Shown here: piece after piece, positions 25,440 to 40,260 of the stretch
How positions within the stretch are numbered: position 1 is the first letter of the stretch
Layout: the number at the start of each line of letters is the position of its first letter
Origin: Octopus vulgaris
Taxonomy: Eukaryota
NCBI GenBank assembly: GCA_951406725.2
Contig: OX597814.1
Coordinates: forward strand, 44,268,001 to 44,332,000
Reading direction: 5' to 3'
DNA: 64,000 nt
Made by a program: the position numbers and the translations under genes
Notes under the pieces: generated by a model
Told to the model about the DNA's origin: nothing
The model's database searches: none
Seen by the model: only the letters and a program-made list of their open reading frames with translations

Positions 25440-27300
25440 CATTTGAATATGGCTGACCCATAAGGGTGGATGCTACTGTAGTTTGTAGCCCCAGGAAGAT
25501 ATCTCCTCCAGCTGGCTATAGACACACTATCCGTGTCCTGTCAGTATTTGTGAAGGGGAGTCATCCTCCCCGTCTTCAACACATGATACGATGATATTGT
25601 TGCCACAGATTGTTATGTGTGTGTGGGTATCTACGGGTGTTTTGTTTAGTGATGTGCGTAAAATTTCTGTATGTGGTATATTTTTGTTTCGAATTTCTTG
25701 TATGTAGGATGTTTCTTGACTTATTTTGTGTTGGTCTTGAGTTCAGTGGGGACCAGTAATTCTGGATCATGGGGTAGTAGTGACTGGTATGTGGTGTGTT
25801 TCTTATTCTACTGTTGTTTTGTGCTGTTATGGAGTGGTTATGCCTGGTATTGGAACATTGTTGGTGTGTTCTGTTCTTGGTGTAATCTATTTCATAAATG
25901 CGTTGTCTCTCAGCTTGTTCCCTGTTAAGTCTTGCGGGTTTCAAAAATGCTAGTTGTGGATGATTTCTATTTATGGTGTATGGAGAATAATGAGGAGGGT
26001 TGTTGTTGATTAAGTGGTTGAAATTGGGGGTGGTTTGTGCGTTGTTCAGTTTTTGTTTGTTATTTCTTGTTTTTTTCTTTAGAAAAGGATTATATGCACT
26101 AAATTCTTTTTTAAAAGTTGATGCATATCTTTGGAAGAAATCATTGCTTTTTTCCCAGCGTAGGAGATAATTTCTTTCTTCATTTTCACAGACTTCTTTC
26201 CAATAATTTATGGTATTTTCGAGGAGTTGTCCTTCGGTTAGTTTTTTTATTTCCCTATGCATCTCCTCGTCGATGTTTTTTATATTTTTCTTCATTAGTG
26301 GAAGTCCTACGTCTTAGTAATTCGATTGCTGATTTTATATGGAATAGTGCTGATATTTCCCTAATAGTCGGTTCATTAGGTATTGTTTTGATCTGGAATT
26401 TGCGTGGGAGGATAATTGGTGTTGAGTTAATCCATCCCTCGTAAATATCTGCTTTGTTGGAATTTTTTATCATATTCCAGAAAGCGAGTTTTCCATTATG
26501 GAGGTTTCTATTCCAAATGTTTTCTATTTTTCTTTTTGTTAGATTGACTTGTGTAAGTATGACGTCCTGGTGCGTTTCATTGGGTGTGCGCTGGTCGTTG
26601 CTCGGTTTCTTTGTGAATACCGACTTTAGTGTAGTGCATAGAGTGTTCCAATCTTTACTAATTTGTTCTTGCTTTAAATGAATTCTTTGAAAGTGTCGTG
26701 GATAGGAGGTTGTTGTTCATTGTTGGGTTTGTTAATGAGTTGAGGGTTGTGCATAAAAGCTGTAAATCATTACTAACTTGGTCAGTGTAGTGAGTTGTGT
26801 CTTCACTGTTTTTCCTTTCCCAGGCGAATAGATTTGAGTCCTCGATTTTGTTATTTAAGTTAATAAGGTGTGCATTAATATTTTTAAGTTCTTTAAATAT
26901 GTCCTCATTTGTACTTTTATCCGAAGTATTAGTCTTCTGTGGTATTTTCGGTCTCACGTGTTTTATGTATAGGTGAGACAGTTGGTGTGTGGAAGCACGT
27001 GGTTGGATGTATAAAAAATTAAAAATGAATGAAAAACTACAGAAGACTTGTGTTATAAGGTTAAAGAATATATTCAAGCCGTAAGTCGTTATGTTTGAAA
27101 AATGTTATAAAATGTTGTGTATAGGAAGATAGTTTTTGGAGAATTAACCGGTTTCGTATTTTCTTTTCAAATTTCTCAAATTTCTTTACCTACATCGTAT
27201 CATGTCTTCGCTATGAAGTGAAGTTCCAGGCAGGGGAAGGTAATCAGGGATTTCTTCCGGTATAAGGGAGATAATCGCTTTATATTATTTTCAATGAGAT
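25440..27300 (-). mobile_element. Repeat element carrying a frameshifted ORF (~480 codons) of unknown function; probably Penelope-associated
   Basis: ORFs 26658-27077, 26255-26473 (extendable upstream as ..IENIWNRNLHNGKLAFWNMIKN..) and 25576-26295 chain through two frameshifts. No introns; bounded by a motif shared with the 20.1-20.7 kb module. Confidence 0.5.
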
Positions 27301-27877
27301 TAGTTTCCTTGTTTAAAAATTTTACGAATGGTTAAGTGTAGGATTATATGTTCCAATGAAGAATGTTTCCTTGTTTAATCTAATTTGTTTTTTAGGGGGT
27401 TGTGTATGAAAAAACGAGAGTGGTATGACAGTAGTAGACTTTTCTTCAACGGTCAAGAGACCTAAAATTGACCTTTTGCGGTTGTAGAAGTAGTGATTTG
27501 AATTGTACTTTTCTTTCTCTTCTTTTCCGACTCCTTCTATTTCTTCGCCGTCTCCTCCCTCGGCTGCTGCTGCTGCTGCTTAAACAATCACAATCCAGGA
27601 CTATCATTCATCTGTACCCTTATTAATTATTTCTTCAGATCTGCAACTACCTATCGAGTCTGAACAAAAGTAAAAGAGGGAGACAGACTTTTGGAAATAT
27701 TTTAGCGAAACATTTCATTTAATTTTTCTTCAATTCAATTGTTTTTATTGCTTCACCTTAAGTTGAAAATGTCGAAAAGACTGAATACGCCACTAAAATG
27801 TTCCTCATGATAAAATTATTATTTTACCTTGTCTAATTTTCCTTATATATATACATATATATATATATATATTAAAA

Positions 27878-28841
27878 GTAGAAAAATACAAACTGGGACA
27901 AGAATGTAAAACATTTAGAAGACGATACAAAAAACACGGACGGGACATTCGAAGCCTTCAATCTTCAGTCAAGAACCGGATCATCCTAGCAATTTCGGCT
28001 GATTAATCTTGAGATCTAAGCTACGAGCATTAGATTTCTTGGAAAAAGGATCGAATGTATACGAAACAGGGACAGAAAAACGGACGATGCCACACGAATA
28101 TAAAATACAAAAAGCAATAAAGTAAAAACAGGACAAAAACAGCGGGTGTCTTACGACTAATAGACAGTACAACTTAGTTTAGCTGGCGTATTTGGAAAAA
28201 AATGCCTTTTTCGGGAGACGAAGACAATGATGTTCTCATGGCGCTGGTTAGAAGCCGAAAGGCTGGTTGACCAGCAGTCACGTGAGAGGAGAAGAGAGTG
28301 AGAGAAAAAAAGGGGGCAAAGGAATCAAAGAGAGAGAGAAAAAGAGGGACGAAGGCAAAAAAGGGGGGAGAAGAGAGAGAAGGAATGAATTAAAGAGGGG
28401 AGAAGAAAGAGAGCGTGCCAAGGATTGGCTTGGTAACAGAATCAGTGAGTGCAAAGTGAGAAATACAGAGAAACGTGAGAGAGTGGGGGAAGAGTAGACA
28501 AAAGAATCAGAGGCAAGAAAAGAGAAAAGGAGGAGGAGAAGTAGAGAGAGAGAGAGAAAGAGATGGATCAAAGTAGAGTGCAAAGTGTGAAAGGCAGAGA
28601 AATGTAGGAGAGAGAGACAGTGTTATAGAGTCGTACCAAATTTTAAGGAATATGTACTTACATAAGGCCAAAGAGGGTACGGACGTCGCTATATATATTA
28701 TATGTAGAAAATAGAAACTGGGACAAAAACGTAAAACATTTAGAAGACGATACAAAAAACACGGACGGGACATTCGAAGCCTTCAATCTTCAGTCAAGAA
28801 CCGGATCATCCTAGCAATTTCGGTTGATTAATCTTGAGATC
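27878..28841. mobile_element. Non-coding element with ~138-bp terminal direct repeats (27878-28016 / 28704-28841), flanked by (TA)n
   Basis: Near-identical AACTGGGACAA..GGACGGGACATTCGAAGCCTTCAATCTTCAGTCAAGAACCGGATCATCC..GAGATC at both ends; purine-rich interior. Confidence 0.75.
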
Positions 28842-29252
28842 GCTCCGATCCGGCCATATATATATCTGGGTATGTCTGAGTGTGTATGATAGTGTGTGTG
28901 TGTGTGTATAGAGATAGATAGATAGATAGATGAAGAAAAGGAAAATTTTCCATATTTCACTCTGTGCAGGCCTTCAGTTAGCTTTCACTTTTACGTTTTG
29001 TTTAGTCATAGTGAAGATTTCAGACATGCGATTCTCCTAATCTTAGTCGTATGTCCCTCTGTAATGTTGCTCTGATATTTTGTCTTGTATGATTGTTGTG
29101 TTTTGCAATGCATTCTCTAAGTGTTGCCGTATGTACGTGTATTAGTATATTTGCTTTGCTAAGTATGTCTTTATATACATAGCTAGAAGTCTATTTTGAC
29201 TCATATAACATGATTATGAGAGCGCCTCCACACGACTACATACAAAGCATTG

Positions 29253-29336
<84 letters not shown>

Positions 29337-29699
29337 AATTTTAACTAGTCCAGGAACTAGCCTATATACACTGAGAAAAACTTCTAAAGGTACTGCAGCA
29401 GCAGTAAAAGAAAGAAATGCATTGAACGTTGATGTAGGAATTTTAGTCAAGTTAGGGGAAACGTACGCAACTATAAACACTCGCACACAACATACGCACT
29501 CACACAAACAAAAAGACATACATTTAAAAGGAGATATACTCGTAAATATCACACTAGCTATATTCTCACATACAACACAAGGAAGCTATATTAAAAACCA
29601 ATGCATATTGACACACCTTGCAGTATGTCACAGGAATTGTGTAGCAACAATAGAATTAAAAAAGAATATGTATGATTGCGTGCAATGGACGTGAGCAAA

Positions 29700-29800
29700 C
29701 GGGGTGCTTTTGATCCTCACACAGATCTTTGAATGTAACCTGTAGCGATAGTAGTATGCCCACCAGATTACGCAGTGAAAACCATCAAATTCCATGTTTT
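29700..29800 (-). pseudogene. CatSper-gamma-like exon remnant
   Basis: FDGFHCVIWWAYYYRY resembles GVTTCSIIWSEYIAGEY; collinear position. Confidence 0.45.
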
Positions 29801-29894
29801 GTGTTTGGGGAAAATATGCGTGTGAGTGTGTGTGTGTATGTGTGCACTGAAAGAGATAATAATAGATGTACAGATATATTTTATACTTTAACAT

Positions 29895-30270
29895 CAGGCG
29901 CAGGAGTGGCTGTGCGGTAAGTAGATTGTTTAACAACTACATGGTACCCGGTTCATTCCCACTGCGTGGCACCTTGGGTGACGAAAGCCTGTGAGTGGAT
30001 TTGGTAGACGGAAACTAAAAGAAGCCCGTCGTATATATGTAAATATATGTATGTGTATGTGTATATGTTTGTGTGTCTGTGTTTGCCCCCCCAACATCGT
30101 TTAACAACCGATGCTTTTGTGTTTACGTCCCCGTAGCCTAGGTTCGGCAAAAGAGACCAACAGAATAAGTACTAGGTTTACAACGAATAAGTCCTGGGGT
30201 CGATTTGCTCGACGAAACGCGGTGCTCCAGCATGGCCACAGTCAAATGACTGAAACAAGTAAAAGAGTAT
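29895..30270 (+). mobile_element. SINE family A, with head and tail
   Basis: GGCGCAGGAGTGGCTGTGCGGTAAG (A box), GGTTCATTCCC (B box), and the LINE-like 3' tail. Confidence 0.9.
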
Positions 30271-30631
30271 CATTGTTGTAATGTACTTAGCTTTTTTCAG
30301 TAACAAGGTAAGATTGTTAAATGACATACGGGCGTCAGATTAACAGTCGAAATAATTCTGTATACGTTTGTCTACATAAAAGATGATATGGATTTTGAAT
30401 GATTTTAAATAAATTAAATAAATGGCTACTTCATAATAAAATATATTGGCTTATTTTCCATTATAAGATTCGAAAGCTTAACCTATTCTTTATCTTTCAT
30501 TTAAAATTCCCACTCATATGCAATACGACTTCAGATTTTCAGAGATTAGCACACTTAGATATATACAAACACACATGCTCGAGTTTTGAGAGTCACATAC
30601 GTTTACATAATTATACATTCGTGCACTTGAT

Positions 30632-30835
<204 letters not shown>

Positions 30836-31776
30836 CACACGCACGCAAACACACATATGCATATTTGCAAAAACGATCGATGCAATAGTAAATTTAAGAC
30901 AATTAAGTTTGATTTAATTTTATATCTTAGATTATATGCCATGCAGTGTACAATAAATCTGATCGTGGCGTCATATTTAAGTAGGAATTGCATTGTGTTA
31001 TTTTCCATGCTCCTTCAAGAAACAATATAGTCTGTCATATATTTTAAATATCAATTCCTGGAATTTCGTCAATAAATTTCAACTAGTAACAGAAGTCTTT
31101 TTCGCAATACTTTTATATCGACAGTATTTCATAGTTGTCTGGTGCTATTGTTGTTCTGAGAAGCACGTATTAAATTGATTATCATATTTTAATGTCCTGA
31201 GGATATAAGGAAATAATAGTTTCATATCGAATAAAATTTCCACAGAAATAAATCTCTGAAAGAGCTTACTCATGTTTTATTATGGGGAAATAGTTGCACT
31301 ACGTTCATAGATTAGAATACGTCAGGAAAAATGTAACTTAAGAGGAATATATATTAACGAAAAAGTAAATCTTTATTAAACTATAAATTGCTTTTTAGGC
31401 CAAACCGAACGTTATAATAATCCACTTAATGTAAAATTTAATGGCTTTCTTGAGCTCATTTATTATTTTGCTGCTTTTTTCGTACGTACATAATGTTGTT
31501 ACTGCTTTTGCAAGACATATCAGATTTAAGGTTTTAATGTCATGGGATTTTTTTTTGCATAATTCATACATTTGTCTTAGAGAAAACTAAAACATGCGAA
31601 GGTGATTTTTTTATAACTTATAGGGATAAAATTAGACACCTTAACATAACGCACACATTCAAAGTTTTACAAATAGAAGCACATGAAAACCAACAGTTAT
31701 TTTCAATATTTTATTAAGTAAAATCTTTAGTAAAACATTATTGCGTTTCAATATCTCAATATTTGAGTGATTCGAA

Positions 31777-31986
31777 GCGGTCACCTGTCAGAATTATTAG
31801 CATGCCGGGCGAAATGTTTCACGGCATTTCCTCCATCTTTAACATCTGAGTTCAAATTCCGTCGGGTTTGAATTTGCCTTTCATCCTTTCAGAGTCGAGA
31901 AAATAATACCGATTGAGCATTGAGGTTGATGTAATCGACTTATTCCTTCTCCCGAAATAGCTGGCCTTGTGCCAACATTTGAAACC
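31777..31986 (+). mobile_element. SINE family C (Deu/Nin-domain-like)
   Basis: B box GAGTTCAAATTCC, then GCCTTTCATCCTTTCAGAGTCGAGAAAA. Related copies at 41340-41475, 41505-41717, 43040-43093, 43310-43448 (-) and 56915-57100 (+). Confidence 0.85.
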
Positions 31987-32143
31987 GATATTTGGGTCAT
32001 TCACTGTATCTAAAATTTGAAGTTGAAACACGTTGTTAACATTGATCATTCGAGTTTAATATTAGCTTTGCCTGTGGGGATTCTGTTGAAATGAATCAAG
32101 CTACTAGATTTACGAATGAGCAGCTGATTTAGTATCAAGTTCC

Positions 32144-32200
<57 letters not shown>

Positions 32201-32874
32201 GTTGAAGATGTATTGTTTACATTTAAGATCACATATCATATTTGTCACAAAGAAACACACGTTCAGTAATTGAAAAGCTGAATTTATTACTTAAGTAAAC
32301 TTTACTGGATTTTCAGTTTTTAATCGTGTTATTTTACATTGTTGTTATTTTTCTCCTTTGTTGTGTTTCTGAAGATGTCTACTCATATTTATTTACACCT
32401 ATTCGACTATCCAAAGGGATACTTATTTGAAAAAAATAGCAGTGCCGAAATCGAATTAAATAATATCCTTTCTTAAAGATGGAAAATATAGAAATTATAA
32501 AATATAGTCCAAGAAAACCATAAAATTGTGGCATGTTTATAACTGGTTCTCCCGATACAATTTAAAATGCGGCAAATGAAAATTACCTTATATCGATTTT
32601 TTTTACTTAAGTAGACTGTTACGCAGTTAAGAAACTATGTAAAACCTAACCCTTCCAAAAATATTGTTTTTATTTGCATCACACTAAGATAAATCAAAAT
32701 TATAAAATTAGAAATTTTCTTAAATCGAATTGAACGAATATTTCTTTCGTAAATATCCATTGCAAAATAGATTGCAAGCGTTTACTCTATGCTGAGTTCT
32801 GATACGCTTGATAGTTTTAATACCTATTTCTTGATGTGTTAAACATTTATTGGCTGTGGTTTACGAGGAATATG

Positions 32875-33150
32875 TTAATGATATATGTATGGAATGTGAA
32901 ATTGGAATTGAGTATCAGAAGCTTGCAGTACAAGTCCGAAAATGTTTACATTTGGAGTGTTGAAAACAAGAGCACAAATCGGGCGAATTGTGGTGGCCCT
33001 AGTTTGCTTGAGCAATCTTGATCTATGATTTGCTAGTTTATAGAAAAGCTTGTACCCCTGTAGAAGTGACTGAGAGTAAATGTAGTAACTTTGGTTTGTT
33101 AGCTGTAGTGATTTTGATACGTATTTAGAAGTAGTCAAATGTACATGCAT
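32875..33150 (-). pseudogene. CatSper-gamma-like exon (91-codon open frame)
   Basis: SKSLQLTNQSYYIY..GYKLFYKL..TIRPICALVFNTPNVNIFGL resembles [45 protein letters not shown]. Confidence 0.65.
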
Positions 33151-35007
33151 GTGAAAATATTGAACTTCAACAGATATCTAATTCATAAATATGCGTTAAA
33201 CTGTTTATAGCGGAAGGATTTTCAAAGCCAGAATAGAAGGTCTACGTTATAGAGTACAATTCTGACAGTGTGTAGACAGATTTTGTCTTTATCCCACTGA
33301 TGAATATTTTTGCTTGAAATGTCAAGATTGTAAAGACAAGAAGAGTTTTAGCAAATATATTCCTTGAGAGAAATACGTAAGGCCTTAAACACACTGCATA
33401 TATTGGGTCTGGCTACAAAATTTTAAAGAATCTTATTAACATTTACTGAGTAGGAAGATTTAAATATTTAATATAAGTGCTGATGTTCGACTATTTCCAT
33501 TCATTTAAGCTCATAGTATATTGTGGTAATATGTATAAGAAATGCAATTTCAAAGATTAGGGCTTATTTTAGATAAGACATACATAGGTGTTTTCCTTAA
33601 GTTGGTACAAATTAAGGAGAGAATAAAATATTAAGTTCTTTGAGTACAGAAGGCAGCTTGAAATCTGATGATGTTTGAGGAAGAGATCAAAAGCTTTGGA
33701 AAAAACTGATGGGTATTTCAGGGTGTGTAATGAGATTGTATGAAATGCTGTGATATCATTAGTTCCCGGCTTCTTTCGGTTAATTATAGATTATCTTAGT
33801 GGGACAACAATACCTATCAACCGTTATTAACACTACACTAGTGACGGTATGCAATTGTTTTAACTATCTATCCAATTATATCCAACATCGCATATTTGGA
33901 AACCTTGTCTCTTTCAAAATTGCCCTTTGATATAGTAATGTCAATTTACATTCGATCTTTCTAAAAACATACTTAACAATTGTAATATTTTCATCTTCCT
34001 GCATATACAGATACAATCAACACCCATATAATTCTTATGTTGCTTCGCTGCAGTGTAGTATAGTTTCAGTTACCACGTATCAATATTAACCACAGTTTGA
34101 TTATATTTTCCTTTCTACTCCCCATTACTAAGTAATCGATAAACGGAAATATATAACAAATATAATGTCCCAGAAAATAGATGCAGTGAATCATTTATGA
34201 AATTTCTGTCAACTTTTAATATTCAGAAAAAAAATATTACATCAACTCCAAACATTTACACGTTTCACTAATATTGTAATACTGCTCTCCAATCAGATGA
34301 CTGATTTTTCACCATTTACATTTTTCATCTATTTCGTAATACTCTCCATAATCACCATGGTCACGATTATCATTACACTCTGTATCGACACAATAATAGC
34401 AAATAACGTCCTACATAATAACTCTAGTGTAAAATTGAACGACGTAATGCTTAAATGGTCGACTTTAAAAAATAAATACGACTTATTACTATTATGAGAG
34501 GAAAACTTTAATCATTTAGTATATGAATAATGTAATAAAATAAAAACTGACTACTTTTTTACAAAAAAAAATCATATTTTAATATTCAATGTTTTTCCTT
34601 TCTTTAATAGAATAGACTTCATTAGAATTGAAAGCAACATTTCTATTTGTTGATGTATTTTATTATTTTACAGCTATTACATTGATCAAAAACATTAATA
34701 GAATTGAATAAATAGAAGCTAAGATCAAAATGTAAGAGAAATGAAAAAAAGTTTATAAATATCATAAAAGTATATAAATCATAAAACGCTTCTTATTTTT
34801 ATAGACTGCAATTTATCTTCTTGCAAGAATGTGTCTAGACTTGTGTAGCCAACCTTCCTAATGGGTCTTCAATTACCCAAAAAGGTCTGTCAGGAATTTA
34901 TCTTAATTTGTATATTATATTATTGGCATGAGTTAACACTTCACGGACAGGAAACAACAAATCATTAAAACAGTCCTCTAAACAATAGTTAAAATTTGCA
35001 CGTATCA

Positions 35008-35148
35008 AACAAAATAACTCGTATATTTGTGAAATGAAACAAACTCCAGGACATTAAGTAATACTGATTTAAATATGTTTGGTGTATATGATAATGATGG
35101 TCCCGTCTTGAAAATATTCTTCTTGTTGCTTTCACGATAACAATTGCT
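35008..35148 (-). pseudogene. CatSper-gamma-like exon remnant
   Basis: After a tttttgtaattgttag acceptor: SNCYRESNKKNIFKTGPSLSYTPNIFKSVLLNVLEFVSF, resembling GIPNEKYVLMTDTSFKDF. Confidence 0.5.
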
Positions 35149-38100
35149 CTAACAATTACAAAAATATTTAGGTTTTTCATATTAAATTCACATGTGTTTT
35201 GATCCATGATATGTATGTGACTGTGGAGATGGGTAAGCCAGGCTATTGTTTAGAACCAAGCTTATGAAAGCTATTCCAACAAGGTTCATCTTTTCCTTTT
35301 AGAGGTATCTAGGAACACCTTATTCTCTGAACCGTTCCCACGTTCAAGACAAAAATTGTATTTGTTTTTCGATTAGGTCGAGCGACCACTTAAAAGTAGA
35401 TAGTGATTGTTTTCTTTACCCACAGAAGACATATATATTTACTTGAATATGATATAGAAAAGACATATATATTTACTTGAATATGATATAGAAAAGACAT
35501 ATTGAATTAGTTCAAAATATTTTTTATATATGATATGTTTAAGTATTTTTATCCAACGAAAAATTACAATAGATATCGTGTGAGACCTTATTAATTAAGA
35601 GAATTGTATTGTCGGATGAGATTAAATCTCATCCAATGTTCTTGTTATTTTTTTTTTTATCAATGACGTAAATCTCTTATGTGTTATTTCATATGAGAGA
35701 TATTGCTTATTATCTTGATACTCTCGGCTAGAACGAGACAAGTAGGATTATTGTATCGTCTTCAATATTTATTTTGTCTTTCAAAGTATTTTATGAACGA
35801 AGCAAATTATATTCTAAAAATATTCAATGACACCTGAAAATGGTTTGATCACATTTTGATTGGTGGCTACAGTTTGACGATACAAATGTCCTTAAGTCAA
35901 ATAACTCTTCATACTTTTCTATGGTTTTAAAATAGAAATAGCTTCTTTTTTTTTCTTTTGCTTTATAAATTTCAGTATAGTCGGTTAGTAGTGAAGGAAT
36001 ATAATTAATGAATGCTTAACTTTGATTTGTCAGATGGCAAGGGCAACTATATGTCAATCGATTACAGTTTAAAATAAGTACTGTTTTTTTATTAATATTT
36101 AACCAGTAAAGAAACTGCTGTTGTTTTCATGGTTTATATTTCTGATGTCTTGTGATTTATCCTGAGCATCTATTTCCGAATGGAGTAAATTTTTAGAGAA
36201 TCTTTTTTAAGAGTAAATTTCAAAGAAAAACTTTTTTATTTCCTTTGATATTGAAGCACGAGCTGAAGAACTTTGATCTTGGAAACGATTTCCATCTTTT
36301 ATCTGTTATTTATCTCTTATTGCTACTAAAGTCTCTCTTCATGTCCACCTATTCAAACTAAAAGTGCATTGAAATGCACATTGCATAGAAACTGAAATGC
36401 GTACATCGTCACTTATTAAAAGAAGGGAAGTAAAAAAATTCTACATCAAACGTGATACAGCAATGTAAATTCACAACTGTGACTAATTCATATACATATA
36501 TACACACACTTGCACTACACACACACACAAGCATACACACACACACACACAAATACATGAAGACGCTCATACACTTACATAGATACATATAAGTTGCTAA
36601 AATTAAAATTAACGCAGATAGAGACAAGTATTGATGTTCTTTTTCTCTTTTGTAATTATATAGTTGGCAATGTGTAAGGTTTCTGCGGAATATCAATGAT
36701 TAGAATTACATAAAATATTTGATGAACATAAATATGACTACCATGTTGCATTTAGAAGGCTAGGTGTAGTTTTCGAGTCAGGTTTGCAAGCTGAAAAATC
36801 CAACAACCTAACAAGGCTGGCAATAATCTTCTACCAACCCCATGTTATGGCATCTCAAGAAACTTCAAAACCTCGAACTTAGCAAGAATTTGACTAAATT
36901 GCTCGCAGGCAGATGGGGTAAAGAAGAACATTTATAAATGTGTCTTCAGACCATGGGTTTCATTATCCATACAGTTAACCATTTCTGAAAGACCAGTTTC
37001 ACATGTGTTTGGTGGGTGCACTGCCTGTGGATCTATATCATCTGACGAGGAGTATACAGTTGCGCGGTCACCAGAATTATTTGCTCCTAAATTAGCACGT
37101 ACGTGGCAGTCTATTCCATAAAACACCTCTACCCGTCAGGTAATATTCAAACAGAATCAGTAAAATAGTGTGCGTGACATGACTGTACATTCTGATATAG
37201 TGGCACAGTCCAACAAATTTTAACTTTAACATTTTACAGTATCAGCTACTGATTCCCATGTTATTTCCTATAAACTGACAGGGGGAGTTCAATTTTACCC
37301 TAAGTAACGGAGTAATGAAGATTAGTTCAATCCGAAATCATCGATGATCTGACACTCTCGCTTGCTGTAGTGTGGTTGTCCCCTTTGTCAGTCAATGAAC
37401 TCATGCATTACCTTTAGCTAAGTGTAGTTTTGACTCTTATTTCTAGCAATGTTGATGCTGACATGCACCTAGTCACTTTAGTGACGATTGTACTTATGCC
37501 TAGCATGGCCGCAGCCTCAAGGCTGAAACATATAACAGAATAAAATAATAAAAGTATACATTCATGTACCAACCTCTCAGATTGGTAGAATTTTGCTAAC
37601 AGATTCTCTATGTATACATACTGACCTATTGAATTTGCTGCTGTCAGATAAATATAGATATAATTGCATTGTGGGCGTGCATTATATATTTTCATTAGCC
37701 ACTTGTTATTAGTATTTGGGTAGGGGTGATTTTACTTTACTCGATCAGCTTACACGCACCTCATTCTATACACTAGCAACTTAATTGCTGCCATGTCTAG
37801 ACATGTTATTGCTCCACACTTCACTAACATTTCCTAAGCCTGCTATATCTACGCGTTACTCGACATCATATACGAAGCCAAACGGCCTACGTGTAGAGAG
37901 ATGCAGAAAACATCCGTCAGTGATTATAGACCAACAATATTTCTTTCAAGAACAGGAGAACATCGCATCACATAATTCTTAATCATGAATAATGCTCCAC
38001 TAGATTTTTCACAATTGCTCCAACTGTGTGTTTGCTGCTAGCATTCCTGGTGGAAGTAATATTTAATGCAGCTATGGCTGCCTTATTAACATTAGCTCTT

Positions 38101-39539
38101 CATTTGAATACTATAAGATATTTCAGCCCCAAACAATTATTGGCACTAAACAACGTTCGACTTGTAGCTATCATACCTGGCAGGATACAGCAGTTTCACA
38201 TTGATATTCTCGACTGTATCTGAAACAGAATCATTAGACATATTGTCATAAAGTCACTCATAAGTACTCACCAGGTTCAAGCCCGTAGACGCTTTCTATC
38301 GCTTCTATAATGATTTCAATTTCACTCCACCCATGCATTCCCCATGCACTTGCGTTTTCATTCTCCCAATCATAGTATGTTCAAATCTCACAGAGACTAG
38401 CATGGTCCCTATGTCCTAACGTTAGCTTTCTAGACTCCCAACCCATGTCTTTCCTTCAAGTATTGACTGACAATTTGACCTCAGTCACATCAATCAAGGA
38501 GAGTCGGCTGAAATTATGATCTGAGCTTCTTCCCACAGATCCAGCAAGTAAAACAATTCAGTACTGAAAGAGTGACATTTCATATCTTATACAACCGTAA
38601 TAGATAAAATGTACAGTAAATCAATAATTCCTTCTAACTAAGACAAAAGACAGTGCTGCCTTGATTTAGTTATAGATAAACGATAACAAAGAAGAATAGG
38701 TAAGAATATACCGGAAAAACAACGGACGCCACACAGAGAATACGGTATAATAATATACTACATTATCAACAAGGTCTGTGTGAAGAGAATTGGGTGAACA
38801 AGACCCTAGTGCATTCTGACAGTATCATCCAAAGACAGGTGGAGACCAGGGTGAATCAAAGCGGGACATCTTTCATTAAATATTTACCTGCTCGAAGAAA
38901 TCGAAATCTGTGCTGATATGGAGGGAGGTAATGCTGCTTTCACCTGCGAACATAGCATTACAGAAACCTTACTGGAGGCCATTAAACAGAAAAAAGGGAG
39001 AGAGAGAGAGAAATTTTAAATGATGTGGAACTTGTAAATGGCCGTACCCATTATCTTAGAGACATTAGATGTTTAGAGTATGTGTAACTTTTTATATTTC
39101 TAGTGTGTCATATTTTTATGAGGTGATTTTTGTTGTTGCTTCTCCACAGTTGAGGTCTTCACACCTGAAGGATCGGTTATATAGTGGGTAGAGATATATT
39201 TTCAAGTGTGTCCATGATGTGTTTGTGTTTGAAAGTTGCACGAAGAGAGAGAAAGTAATTGAAAAGAAGTGAGATGGAGTTAGATTGGAAAATTTCATGC
39301 AGGGTGGGTTGTGGTCTTGTTGTCATTGTCTTTGTTGCAGTTACTGACCTTGCTCCCACTGCTGGTGTTAGTATTTCTAACGTTGTTGATATTGCAGCTG
39401 CAGTCGTTTGTGTTGTTGTTGCTATAGCTATGATTGTTGGTGCTGGTGCCGCTGCTGTTCTTGTTATTTTCACTATAGCTTTCATCGTTGTCCCTTTTCT
39501 ATGTAATAGTCATCAGAGTTGTGTTCTCGATAGAAGCGA

Positions 39540-40260
39540 GGGGGGTGTTCCTCTCACCTGTTATAAAGTTCTTAAGTGAATTTTCAGCACTACACCTGCA
39601 ACTTTGATCGTCTTCCATCAACCGCAACAGCTCTTCGCAATTGGGTAGTTGCATAAGTTCTGGAATCTTTCCCGAATCGATGGGATCGATATGGAGGAAT
39701 CCAGTATAGACCCAAACCGCAAAATTCCGTCTCAGTCGTTTGCCGTTCAGGAGGATGTCACTGCCCTCTAAGACAACATATACCAAGTGCCACCAGATAC
39801 CCTACCAGGTGAAACTCTTTCTATTTCCATGTAGCAGATCCTTCTTCCTAAATATGCTGGCTAATGGGTGAATTCCCTCTCATATATTGGTATTATGGAG
39901 TGTATCAGCGCGAGGATTTTGCAGTCGAAGAGAACCTCTACATGCTCTACCTTGTTCTGTGCACAGATTAAATTTCTGCATATATTTTTGAAGACTCATT
40001 CTACTTAGGTGTGTTGCTACTTCTAGGCAACGGGTTTTCACCGACACAGCGATACAACACCGTTTTCAGAGCATAGAGCATCCTTTTCCGGGCAGTTGTT
40101 CTTAAAACCTTTGCGTGTTCCTTCTTTCATTTACTTTCACAAGTTGGAGGACTTATATTCGACTTACCTCTTTGTTCTGGGCGCGTGGAACAGTAAGCAT
40201 TTTGTTATTTCACTGTCTTCCAAGCTAAAGAATCCCATGCCAATGGAGTCACACTGACTC
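39540..40260 (-). mobile_element. Degenerate ORF1-like remnant of an L1/Tx1-type LINE
   Basis: KIPELMQLPNCEELLRLMEDDQSCRC, followed by an A/C-rich low-complexity tract; same layout as 45400-46080. Confidence 0.35.

Noticed and set aside
27940-28016. CTGAAGA and GAAA on the minus strand of the direct repeat
   Set aside because: Could not assemble three stems in any hammerhead topology.
33297-33330. CTGATGA..GAAATGTC hammerhead-like string
   Set aside because: No stem I or credible stem II pairing.
37700-38400. Possible very old LINE 3' remnant (AFYRFYND)
   Set aside because: Too decayed to delimit or classify.
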